The notes below the pieces were generated by a model, which was not told where the DNA came from, made no database searches, and saw only the letters and a program-made list of their open reading frames with translations. Positions 12,520 through 23,603 of a stretch of 64,000 nt of DNA are shown here, piece by piece. The position numbers and the translations under genes were made by a program. This DNA comes from Actinomycetota bacterium. Its GTDB lineage: Bacteria; Actinomycetota; Actinomycetes; Nanopelagicales; Nanopelagicaceae. Every line of letters begins with the position of its first letter. Positions within the stretch are counted from its first letter, which is position 1. The stretch spans positions 118 to 64,117 of the forward strand of contig JBBCHT010000007.1 in NCBI GenBank assembly GCA_037200085.1, in the 5' to 3' direction.

Positions 12520-13508
12520 CCCTTCTCTATGACGTGACGCTAAGAGATGGCAATCATGCGCTTCGCCACACACTTACCTCTGAATTCGTTTCTCAATATT
12601 GCAAGGTAGCGGATTCCTCGGGAGTTTGGGCAGTTGAAGTCGGACATGGAAATGGATTGGGTGCTTCATCATTCTTGGTCGGTAAATCGTCAGAATCTGA
12701 TGAGGAGTTACTCTCATTGGCAAGATCTCATTTGAAGAGTGCAAAATTGGCAGTTCATACTATTCCTGGTTTTGCAACCGCAGATAGAGATTTAATTCCA
12801 GCAATCGATATTGGAGTTGAAGTTTTTCGCGTTGCAACTCATGTAACCGAAGCAAGTGTTGCCGAAAAACATATTGAGTTTTTAGCTACAAGAAATTTAA
12901 TAGTTCATGGAGTACTCATGATGAGTCACATGATTGATATTGAAGGTCTAGTTGCACAAGCAACACTCATGAAGAAATTTGGCGCTTCCGCAATTATTTT
13001 GATGGATTCTGCGGGTCATTTTGTTCCTGATGAAGTAAGGGTTCGGGTCGATGCAGTACGAGAAAGGGTTGCGATTGAAGTCGGGTTTCATGCACATAAC
13101 AATTTAGGAGTTGCAGTATCAAATGCCGAATCGGCAATTGTTTCAGGAGCCAACATTATTGATGGAGCTTCTATGGGACTTGGGGCCGGAGCAGGAAATG
13201 CTCAGTTGGAAAATATTGTTGCTACCTCAATAAAAGTTGGCAAACCACTCTCTCCAGTCTCGCATTTTCTAGAGATGAGTCGTTTGGTTGAAACAACTTA
13301 TCCTGGCAATTTGCCACGAACGAATAGTTCAAGCATTGAAAGTGGACTGGCAGGAGTATTTAGTGGCTACGCGCCACAAGTCAAACAATTGTCTGAAGAA
13401 ATGGGAATCGAAGTTTCAGTTCTATGGCAAGAGATGGGAAAGAGAAAATTAGTTGCGGGACAAGAGTCGATGATTCGCGAAATCGCTCAAGACCTTATGA
13501 ATTTGTAG
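12516..13508 (+). CDS. 4-hydroxy-2-oxovalerate aldolase-like (DRE-TIM/HMGL-like, DmpG/MhpE family)
   Basis: Intact 330-aa ORF. Motifs DVTLRDGNHA and GFHAHNNLGVAVSNA. ATGA overlap with the upstream dehydrogenase. Confidence 0.7.
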   Translation: MTLLYDVTLRDGNHALRHTLTSEFVSQYCKVADSSGVWAVEVGHGNGLGASSFLVGKSSESDEELLSLARSHLKSAKLAVHTIPGFATADRDLIPAIDIGVEVFRVATHVTEASVAEKHIEFLATRNLIVHGVLMMSHMIDIEGLVAQATLMKKFGASAIILMDSAGHFVPDEVRVRVDAVRERVAIEVGFHAHNNLGVAVSNAESAIVSGANIIDGASMGLGAGAGNAQLENIVATSIKVGKPLSPVSHFLEMSRLVETTYPGNLPRTNSSSIESGLAGVFSGYAPQVKQLSEEMGIEVSVLWQEMGKRKLVAGQESMIREIAQDLMNL

Positions 13509-14461
13509 CGGTAGTCTCGGTGAGAATGTAGAGCGGACGTTGTTTTACTTCTTCATAAATGAGGCCGAGATACTGAGCGAGAATTCCAATACAGAGCATT
13601 GTGAGCGAGAAACCCAAGAAGATCAGACTGATAATTGACCCGAAACCAGCAAAGGGAACTCCGCTAATAATCCAGAAAATCGCTAAACCAAAGACGGCAA
13701 AGACAGAGAAGATACTCAAGAAAATTCCCAAAACTGAAACCCAGAGTAGAGGTGTAGCGCTGTAAGCCAAGATGCTTCGAGAGGCGTGGGCAATTACTGC
13801 AAATAGAGACATTCCGAGCCACTTAGATTCGCCTGCAAATCTTGCTGGTCGCTCCAATTCAATCTCTGTTGTTTTAAATCCAACCCAAGAACCTAGTCCG
13901 CGAAGGAAACGATGGTTTTCACGCAGGCGCCTAATCGCCTCATAAGTCTTCTTGTTAACTAAGCGGAAATCACTCACCGATTCGGGGGAGCATCCCTTCG
14001 GTCATTTTGGAGGCCAGGCGATAGAAAAGTTTTGACATGAATCGTCGAGTAAATGGAACTGATTCACGACTCACGATTTTGACTAAGACTTGATCAAAAC
14101 CCTTCTCTGATTCGCGCAGAAGTTGAGGAATCGCCTCGGGTGGATCTTGGAGATCAGATGTCATGATGATTGCAAGGTCACTCTTTGCATGATCTAACCC
14201 GCAAGTAAATGCAGCATCTAAAGTGAAATTTCGTGACATTCGAAAACCAGTAATTCGATTGTCTTTTTGTGAAGCTTTCTGGATTATTTCCCACGTACTA
14301 TCAATCGAACCGTTATCCATGACAAGGATTCCGTAGTCATACTCAGTCTCTGTTTTCATCACGAGTTCGATTCTTCGGAACAACTCGGGGAGACACTCTT
14401 CTTCATTAAATGCTGAAGTGATGATATCTACGGTAGTCAATTGTTTCTTTGGTTTACGCAC
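13495..14461 (-). CDS. GT2 polyprenyl-phosphate glycosyltransferase (GtrB/DPM1-like) with C-terminal TM helices; one frameshift near 13975
   Basis: ORFs 13970-14461 (N-terminal part: ITSAFNEEECL, MDNGSIDST, MTSDLQDPPE) and 13495-13977 (C-terminal TM part). Confidence 0.75.
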
Positions 14462-15237
14462 GTGTAATTCCTCGAAGCCAAGGTGGTGGTGTCTCTAGCG
14501 CCAACTTTGCGAGTTCTTGTTTTTCACGAAGAGTATCCATCGGTTGCCAGAAATCCTGATGTTGATACGCCATGAGTTGATCTCTCTCGACCAATCGAGG
14601 AAGTGCTCCTGATTCAAATGGTTCAGAATCTCCGTGGACTAGGTCGGCGACTTCAGGTTCGAGTACGAAGAATCCACCGTTGATCCATCCAGCATCAGCT
14701 TGATTCTTCTCCCCGAAGTGAATGACCTTTGTATCTTCAATATGAAGATGTCCAAATCTTGCTGGCGGGCGAACCGCGGTAACAGTTGCCAATTTCCCAT
14801 GTGATTCGTGAAATTCCAGTAACTTCTTGATTGACACATTCGCTAGACCGTCGCCATAGGTAGCAATGATTCTCTCGCCAGGAAAAGCTTTCATGCATTG
14901 AGCAATTCGCCCGCCGGTTTGTGTGTGCAGGCCAGTTTCCAGCGCGGTAACGCTCCATGAAAAAGTGGAAGATTTTTCTAAACGGTGCACTTTCTTGTGA
15001 AGAGTATCGATTCTTATATCTCCATCAAGATCATTGAGATCCAGTAACCACCGCTTGATTACATCACTGCGATAACCCAATGCCAGCACAAATTCATCAA
15101 TTCCTTGAAGAGAGAAGATATTCATTAAGTGCCAAAGAATCGGCTTGTCATCGATCAGAACCATCGGTTTTTGGCTTACTTTCCGTCTCCTCTGAGAGTC
15201 TGGTACCCAGACCTCCAGCGAGAATGACGACCTTCAC
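14454..15237 (-). CDS. rfbF: Glucose-1-phosphate cytidylyltransferase; frameshift in T5/A5 run 15168-15172
   Basis: ORF 14454-15164 plus the reconstructed N-terminus [31 protein letters not shown] start at 15235-15237 overlaps the rfbH stop (GTGA). Confidence 0.8.
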
Positions 15238-16554
15238 TTCTCTCCTCTTTTTGAAGTAAGTATTTGGTGAAGGGATTCAATCATGTAATCAAGCATAGGA
15301 ATAGTGAGTCCTGGCCAAACACCAATCCAGAAGGTGCTATTCATGACGATATCTGTATTGGTTAGTTCGCCATGCACTCGTCGCGGAGTATTCGCAAATC
15401 CAGGTTGACGAAGAAGGTTGCCACCAAAAAGAAGACGGGTTCCAATTTTTCGTTCGTCGAGAAGTTTTACAATTTTATTGCGACTTACAGGACTGTTTCC
15501 TCTGACGGTAATAACAAATCCGAACCACGAAGGATCACCATCAGTTGTTGGTTCCGGCAAAATGAAAAACTCTTCCAAATCTCGAAGACCTTCTTTTAAG
15601 TAACTCCAATTTCTACGTCTGAGTTCAACGAAACTGCTTAATCGGTCGAGTTGTGCCAGGCCAATCGCAGCTTGAATATCGCCAGACTTCAAGTTGTATC
15701 CAAGATGCGAATAAATATATTTATGGTCATATCCCTCAGGCAATTCACCTAACTGCCACTCATATCGCTTAAGGCAAGTATTCTCACAACCGGGAGCACA
15801 CCAACAATCTCTTCCCCAATCGCGAAGCGATTCGACGATTCGTTTATACGCAACTTTTTTTATGAGTACAGATCCACCTTCACCTGTCGTGATGTGATGC
15901 GCCGGATAGAAACTAAAAGTCGAAAGATCGCCGAAACTTCCAAGGTTCTGACCTTTGTAGGTGCCACCTAAAGCATCACAACTATCTTCAACAAACCATA
16001 AGTCATGCTTCTTTGTGAGTTTTTCAATGAGAGATAAATTAAATGGATTTCCCAGTGTGTGCGCCATCATGATTGCTTTTGTCTTTGGCCCAATTGCGGA
16101 TTCGAGAGCTTCTTCGTTGGCGACGTATGTTTTTTAGGTCGACATCAACATAAACTGGAGTCAATCCATTTTGAATGATTGGCGTAACTGTTGTTGGAAA
16201 ACCTGCTGCAACTGTGAGTACTTCATCGCCAGGCTTAAGCGCGCGTTCGCCGAGTGCTGGACTTGTAAGAGTTGTGAGTGCTAAAAGATTTGCTGACGAT
16301 CCTGAATTCACCATAAAGGAATGGCGCATTCCAACTGTCTTTGCGAATCTGCTTTCGAATTCTTCTGCATATGGTCCAGAAGTCAGCCAAAAATCCAAAC
16401 TCGCTTTTACTGCGGCAGAGATTTCTGGTGCTCCAAAAACCTTTCCCGTTACTGGAATTACAGACTCTCCTGGAATGAACTCTTTGGCGGAATGTTTTTC
16501 TTGCAACGCTGATTCCACCAATTGAGCGATCATCTCGTCGCTGCTCGAGTTCAA
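15234..16554 (-). CDS. rfbH: CDP-4-keto-6-deoxy-D-glucose 3-dehydrase (E1, DdhC/RfbH); frameshift in T6/A6 run 16130-16135
   Basis: ORFs 16039-16659 and 15234-16070. E1 hallmarks: His at the PLP-Lys position ([14 protein letters not shown]) and the Cys cluster [12 protein letters not shown]. The start is uncertain: TTG 16554, ATG 16533, or the ORF maximum at 16659. Confidence 0.8.
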
Positions 16555-16629
16555 ATGAGACCCTGTCCGAAGTGCCGATAACGGCAACTCCTTGTTCGTT
16601 GTTGAATGAGTAAAGACTACTGTTTGACC

Positions 16630-17696
16630 ATGGATTTTGCGCTCGGCCAAAGGCTTCACGGTCTAGCCGGACCAGTTTTGGTAACAGGACACACTGGTTT
16701 CAAAGGCACATGGCTCACTCTTTTTCTTCAGCGATTAGGTATCCCTGTTGTTGGGGCTTTCTCTTGCTCCTACAAAAGATTCTTTATTTGAAAGAGCGTC
16801 GCGCACGGGAGTGATCCCTGAAAGTTTTTCGGATATACGTGACCATAAAAAGGTTCGTGATGTCATTGATAAATTTCAACCAAGCGCCATTTTTCATTTA
16901 GCTGCGCAACCAATTGTTTTGGAGTCATATAGAACGCCACGTGAGACTTTTGAAACGAATGTCATCGGCACAGCAAATGTGCTGGAAGCGGCTTTTGATA
17001 GCAGTTCAGTACAAGTGGTTGGTGTAGTGACTACAGATAAGGTTTATAGAAATGACAATTCGGGTAGAGCATTTGTAGAGACAGATTCGCTCGCAGGAAA
17101 AGATCCTTATAGCGCAGCAAAGTTGGCGCAGAGACTGTTGTTGCAGCTTGCAACAGATTGCCCATGTGAATGGTGGACCAAAAGTTGTTTCGCTCAGAGC
17201 TGGAAATGTCATCGGTGGTGAGATTGGGCTAAAGATCGTCTACTTCCGGATCTCATACGTGGTTTTGCGAAGGACGAAACTGTCTCAGTTCGCAATCCCC
17301 GGTAGCACTCGACCTTGGCAACATGTGATGGATCCATTGCACGGTTATGTCTTGGCAATCGAATATTTACTTTCGGGTGGTGACTTAGCGGCGGTGAACT
17401 TCGGTCCGGATTCAGCAAGTTTAAGAGCGTGAAGGAAGTTGTCGAGTTGAGTAGAGAATCGTGGCCGAAAAATACTCACGTTGAATTCTTAAGTGAGAGT
17501 AGTGCCAATGTGAGCGAGGCGCTGAGTTTGCAACTTGATTCTTCTCTTGCAAAAAAACCTTCTTCACTGGCGCGCGGCGTGGAGTCAGAAGCAATCCGTT
17601 CAAGCGACAGTTCACTGGTGGGATGGAGTGCTTAATGGCGCGACAACACCGACTGAAGCATGTGGCGCCGATATAGAACTTTTGCTGTCATCGTGA
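16630..17696 (+). CDS. rfbG: CDP-glucose 4,6-dehydratase; at least 3 frameshifts
   Basis: Built from ORFs 16606-16791, 16748-17221, 17148-17432, 17429-17635 plus a tail to TGA 17694-17696. N-terminus [18 protein letters not shown]; DPYSAAK. Divergent from rfbH. Confidence 0.75.
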
Positions 17697-17715
17697 GCCA
17701 ACAGGTGAGGAACTT

Positions 17716-19549
17716 GTGAGAAATTTACAACAGTTGCGCGAAGGAACATTCGCGCGTTCGGCCAGAGTTCTTTCACAGCGAGATCGTCGAAAGATGTTTC
17801 TTGTTGCCATTGTTCAAATCGGGTTGAGTTTGTTGGATTTGATCGGCGTCTTGCTGATTGGAATTTTGGGCGCACTTATGGTGACGGGTGTTCAATCTCG
17901 AGAGCCGGGTAATCGAGTGAATTCAGTGCTCGAGTTGATGCACATTTCACATAAATCTTTTCAAGCACAAGCCGCAATTCTTGGACTCGCTGCGGTCATT
18001 TTCTTAGTAGGTCGCACCATCATCTCCATAGTTTTCACGCGACGGATTCTTTTCTTTTTAAGTCGCAGAGGTGCACTGATTTCATCTCGACTTATTTCTC
18101 GACTGCTCTCACAACCGATGCTTAAAGTTCAGGCGAGGACCACGCAGGAAACCTTGTATTCGGTGACATCTGGTGTAGAAGTAATCGTCTTGAGCGTTTT
18201 GGCGACATCCATTTCAATTTTGTCAGATGTTTCAGTTCTTGCAGTAATGACGATTGGACTATTTGTTGTAGATCCAGTCATTGCAGTAGGAACATTCGGA
18301 GTTTTTGCAGGCGTCGGATTTTCTCTATACCGACTCATGCATGTGCGCGCTCGCCAGTTGGGTCGCCTCAATTACAGATTAAATGTTAAGAGCAACGAGA
18401 AAATCGTTGAAGTATTTAGTTCTTATCGAGAATCCGTAGTTCGCAACCGTCGAGATTATTATGCCCGTGAAAATCGGCAAAATGAGATTGAGCCTGGCTG
18501 ACACGATGGCTGAAGTGACTTTTATGCCCTACATCAGCAAATACGTGATTGAAGTAATCGTTCTGCTGGGAGCAGTTGTCATCGGAGCAGTGCAATTCGT
18601 TTTGCAGGATGCAGCCCATGCTGTTTCGACAATTTCAGTATTTATCGCGGCTGGTACGCGAATTGCTCCGGCAGTCCTTCGCGTTCAGCAATCAGCAGTT
18701 TCAATTCGAATGAATCTAGGTAAGGCCACGCCAACGCTAGATTTGATTGAAGAGCTTGGCTCTGTTGTCGAAGTAGAAAACACAGATGACAGAGTAGATA
18801 CAGTTCACGAAGGATTTAAAGCCAATATAGATGTAAAAGATGTATCGCTTTATTATCCAGGTGCATCAAAACCTGCGGTTTCAAACGTTTCACTCCATAT
18901 TCCCATTGGAACATCGGTTGCAATCGTTGGTCCATCTGGAGCGGGCAAGACAACAATCGTGGATGTACTTTTAGGTGTTCTCGTTCCTGACTCTGGAAGC
19001 GTTGAAATTTTCTGGTGAACCTCCGCTGGAAGCAGTTGGAAAGTGGCCAGGAGCAGTTGCTTATGTTCCACAAGATGTTGTGATTGCCAACGGAACGATT
19101 AGAGAAAATATTGCTCTCGGCTATCCCATCGCGGAGGCGACTGATGAACTTGTTTTCAATGCGCTAGATGTTGCTCACCTTCAAGAGTATGTCGCTGGTT
19201 TGCCTGACGGAGTTGAAACACAAGTTGGAGAACGTGGTACAAAAATAAGTGGTGGTCAGAGACAACGACTTGGAATTGCGCGTGCAATGTTTACAAAACC
19301 GCATCTCCTTGTTCTAGATGAAGCGACGAGTTCTCTTGATGGTGAAACAGAGGCGAGTATCTCCTCGGCAATTCATGCACTTCGCGAACAATTACAGTAG
19401 TGATGATTGCTCATCGCCTATCAACAGTAAGAAGTGTTGACATGGTTGTGTATATGGCGAAAGGCAAAGTGGTCGCTACTGGCACTTTCGAGGAAGTACG
19501 AAAGGTAGTTCCTGATTTTGATCGTCAAGCGAAATTGATGGGTCTGTAG
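17716..19549 (+). CDS. Fused TMD-NBD ABC exporter (MsbA/PglK-like); at least 3 frameshifts
   Basis: Built from ORFs 17716-18501, 18461-19018, 18975-19400 plus a tail to TAG 19547-19549. Walker A GPSGAGKTT, signature ISGGQRQR, Walker B LLVLDEATSSLD. Confidence 0.75.
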
Positions 19550-19553
19550 AGAA

Positions 19554-20547
19554 GTGACACAGTGGTCGCCAGAGATTGTGCGGCGAATAGAGATGACTGT
19601 GCAATGTCGAGATGCGGAAGATTTACCACGAGTACCAAATGCGGGATCGATAGCTACGAAGAACGGCAATGATGTACAGGTTATGCATAACGGAATCCTG
19701 ATTGAAAAGGATTGTTATGAGGGAGCCTGGATGACCGAGTTGATTGGACGGTTGCACGGTCATCATGAGCCACAGGAAGAGCGAGTATTTGATGCAGTGA
19801 TGAAAAGGTTCTCTTCGTTTCAGAATGAGAAACCTGTAATGGTAGAACTTGGTTCACATTGGCCTATTACAGTCTCTGGTTTCTACAGGAATTTCCGAGC
19901 GGCCAAGCAATATGTGTCGAACCGAACCCCGAGAATTTGGAAGTTGGACGTCGAAATTTTGCACTCAACGAGAAGGTAGGCACCTTCATTAACGGCGGTT
20001 TCAGTCAATCTGGTACTCGGCCATTCAGTTTTTTTTGTCGAAGAAAACCAAAAAACCATCGTCGTACCTGGCGTCACACTTGAATCAATTTTTGCTTCAG
20101 AAAAGTTAGATCAGATCGATGTTTTGTTGGCAGATATTCAAGGAGCAGAGATCGAACTCCTCAATGGTTCTAAGGGGTTTATTGGCGCATGGGAAAGTTC
20201 GTTTCATTTTCATCAGCACCCATGATTTGCTCATTAGCGGTGACGCGTTGACGCATCAGAACGCCATGAAAATTATTGAAGAGTGCGGCGGTCATATTAT
20301 TGCTGAGCATTCTGTGTCGGAGTCTTATAGCGGTGATGGACTCATAGTTGCTTCATTTGATCCTCGAGATGTTGGTTTTCAGGTACCGATTTCGTATGCC
20401 AGAAGCAAAGATTCACTATTTGGCGAATGGGAAGTTCGTTACGCAGCGTTAGATCAGAAAGTCTGGTTATTCCAGAAGGTACGAAAGACGAAAATTTGGC
20501 ATGTACTAGCGGTTGTCAAGAATTTGCTTAAGCGAAATAAAAAGTGA
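19554..20547 (+). CDS. FkbM-family methyltransferase; frameshifted
   Basis: Built from ORFs 19554-19979, 19859-20083, 20119-20547. Motifs VMVELGSHW, ICVEPNPENLEVGRRNFALN, DVLLADIQGAEIELL. Confidence 0.6.
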
Positions 20548-20554
20548 GACGTCG

Positions 20555-21356
20555 ATGACATTTATCTCGTACGCCCCAAAATTTCGAGGATGTGATCTTG
20601 TGGCGCTCACTCAAGGACGTCTCGAATGGGTTTTATATAGATGTTGGTGCACACCATCCGAAAAATCGCGTCCGTCACTCATGCTTTTTATGAGAATGGT
20701 TGGCGTGGAATAAATATTGAACCAATGGAGTATCAATTTTCACTTCTGAAATCAGCTCGACCAGATGACATAAATTTGAATTGTGCACTCGGAGATAGTG
20801 AAGGAGAATTGGAATTCTGGAGTATCGAAGGTACGGGACTTTCGACAGCAGTGCGTGAGGCAGCTGAAAAACGCAGAGCAGAAGGACGTCGTATCTCTTC
20901 GCGTAAAGTTCCAGTCAAAACGTTGAAACGGCTTTGTTTAGAATTTGTAAAAGAAAAAACAATTCATTTTCTCAAATCGATGTTGAAGGTTTTGAAGAAG
21001 AAGTTTTGCGCGGAGCGGATTTCACTCAATTTCGTCCATGGATCATTCTCGTAGAAGCGACTGCGCCACTTACTCGCATGGAGACTCATCATGATTGGGA
21101 GCCGCTACTTTTGAATTCTGGATATTCGTTCTGTTACAAGGATGGATTGAATCGCTTCTATCTTGCGGATGAGAAGCGCGAATTGCTGGTGAATTTCGAT
21201 TTTCCGCCCAATATCTTTGATGAATTCACTCTCTTCTATCAGAGCGAAGATGGAGAACTCGAAGTAGCAAGGGATGAACTAAAGAAGATTCTTAACTCAT
21301 CTTCATGGAGAATCACTTCTCCACTTAGGCGACTAAAGACGCTATTCTTCCGCTAA
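20555..21356 (+). CDS. FkbM-family methyltransferase; frameshifted
   Basis: Built from ORFs 20513-20713, 20641-21054, 20934-21356. Motifs YIDVGAHHP (repaired frame), GINIEPME, IDVEGFEEEVLRGA. Confidence 0.6.
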
Positions 21357-21375
21357 ATATTTTCAAGGGGGAGTA

Positions 21376-22351
21376 ATGTCCAAAGTTGCACTTGTCACTG
21401 GTATTACAGGACAAGATGGTCAGCATTTGGCCGAATTGCTTCTCTCCAAGGTTATCGGACATACGGCCTAGTAACTGGTCAACGTAGTTCGTTAAATGAC
21501 GAAATCATTCGTAAATTTCCGGATGTCACTTTAGTCCGTGGTGATTTAGCGGATTTTTCCAGTCTCTTACAGGTGATCGGGGAAACCGAGCCTGACGAGA
21601 TTTACAACTTAGGTGCGCTGAGTTATGTCGGATTGAGTTTTAATCAACCTGAACTGACGGCCAATGTCACGGGACTTGGAATATTGAGAATTCTAGAAGC
21701 TACCCGCAAGCTAAAACTTGAAAAGAAGACGCGGATATATCAGGCATCATCGTCAGAGATGTTTGGCAAAGTTCGTGAAACTCCCCAAAATGAATTGACG
21801 CCATTTCATCCGCGTTCTCCCTATGGAGTTGCTAAAGCGTTTGCTCACTACACCTGCGTTCAATATCGCGAGTCCTATGACATGTTTATTTGCTCAGAAT
21901 TCTCTTTAATCATGAAGGTGAAAATCGTGGCCATGAATTTGTAACGCGAAAAATCTCGTCCAATGTGGCGAGAATAAAACTTGGCAAGCAAGAGAAATTC
22001 TCATTGGGAAATATCGCCCCAAGTAGAGATTGGGGATATGCAGGAGATTATGTAGAAGCCATGTGGATGATGCTTCAACAGGATAAGCCAGAGGATTTTG
22101 TCATCGCGACAGGAATTTCTCACACAGTTAAGGAATTCGTCATTGAAGCGCTACTCGTTGCGGGATTGGAACCCGATCTAGATAAGTATCTCGATTACGA
22201 TCCGGCGATGATACGTCCAAGCGAAGTGGATACTTTGGTTGGAGATGCCAGTAAAGCCGAACGCCAGTTGGGGTGGAAACCGAAAGTGAATTTCAAAGAG
22301 CTAGTGAAGATCATGGTCGAGCATGACCTTCGAGTTGAGGCAGGTACGTAA
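21376..22351 (+). CDS. gmd: GDP-mannose 4,6-dehydratase; at least 2 frameshifts
   Basis: N-terminus MSKVALVTGITGQDGQHLAELLL starts at ATG 21376. ORFs 21573-21944 and 21890-22351. Motifs YQASSSEMFGK, SPYGVAKAFAH, FNHEGENRG. Confidence 0.8.
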
Positions 22352-23520
22352 ACTGTCTCGCGCTAAGGAGGACAGTAGAGACCAAGGAGTTACCCTCGTC
22401 GGTTACTTTGGAACCCCAACTGGATTGGGACAGATGTCTCGCAATGTTTTGGAGATGCTGGATGCCGCTGGAATTGATGTTCATGTGGAGAACGTTCCAA
22501 CTCGCTTTGAAACTCCAGAACTTCTTCACAAGGCTCGCGATCAGGAAATCAAATTTCGAGAAGAATTATCGTCACGTTCTCTCATTTATCCCGGTGAGAA
22601 TTCTGGATATCAGAACTTTTTCATCAAGGTCGTGTTGACCTCAGAGTTCAACACGTAACTGCAGTCTGGGCATGGGAGCTCGAAGAGCTACCAGAATATT
22701 TTATGAAAACTTTGCGCTACGCAGATCAAGTATTTGGAATCTCCAATTTCTCCCAACGGCTTTGGAAAATGGGTTACAAAGAAAGGTTTCTTTCTTTCCC
22801 CACTTTCGGAATGAATCCTGCGCTACAAGAATCTCCCCTCGAAGACAAAAGTGCATCTGAAGCCTTGAGAGAGATGGGAATCCCGGAGCAATACATTCTC
22901 TGTAGATTCGACGCAAAGAGTTTTATAAGGAGAAAGAATCCAGAGTCAGTTTTAGATGTTTGGGATCTCATTCGAGATGACTACCCCCAATCTATTTTTG
23001 GTGATGAAGACTGTTGAACTAAATACATACGCCACATCTGAAACTTCTTGAACGAATGGCGAGCACTCCTAGAGTTATTATTTTCAATCAAAACACTTTC
23101 ACATCTACTCAATACACAATTGATGAAAGATGCTCAGATCTACATTTCTCTCCATCGTGCGGAGGGGCTCGGCTTAAATATTCTGGAAGCAATCGGAGCT
23201 GACACTCCGTGGTTTTTACTGCTTATTCGGGAATCGCGCAGGAAGTTGAAAAAATCGGTTTCCCAGTGGACTATACAAAAGTTTCTGTTGGATATGACGA
23301 AGGACCGTATCCAGGAACTTCTACATGGGCAGAACCGGATGTTGGCGATGCAGTGAGACAGACTAGAAACGCGCTAGAGAAGGTGAAGTCTGGAGATTGG
23401 GCGCAAAGTAAAGGTGATCGCAGAAAATGGGTCGATAACTTTTATGAAAGTTCATACAGGACATCGATCGAGATGATTCGGGAAACGCTTTCTACTCCGC
23501 AAAAATCCAATTCCAGATAA
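22323..23520 (+). CDS. GT4 (GT-B fold) glycosyltransferase; multiple frameshifts
   Basis: Fragments 22323-22658, 22703-23017, 23048-23356, 23209-23520. C-terminal SLHRAEGLGLNILEAIGADTP motif. Confidence 0.55.
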
Positions 23521-23603
23521 GAAAGGGTTTTGGGTAAGTTTATTTGTCATTCTCAACAGGATTTGGTGGCGACTTCCTCTGAGAATTCGTCAGAGCTTGA
23601 GTC

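Noticed and set aside
11626-13508. The DmpF/DmpG-like pair as part of an aromatic meta-cleavage catabolic pathway.
   Set aside because: No extradiol dioxygenase, hydrolase, or 2-oxopent-4-enoate hydratase is nearby. The genes are translationally coupled to sugar-nucleotide enzymes instead.
9764-13508. The ThDP enzyme plus HMGL-like aldolase as a phosphonate biosynthesis cluster (Ppd-like decarboxylase).
   Set aside because: No PEP mutase gene is recognisable anywhere in the window. The ThDP protein is full-length and ALS/YerE-sized rather than Ppd-sized.
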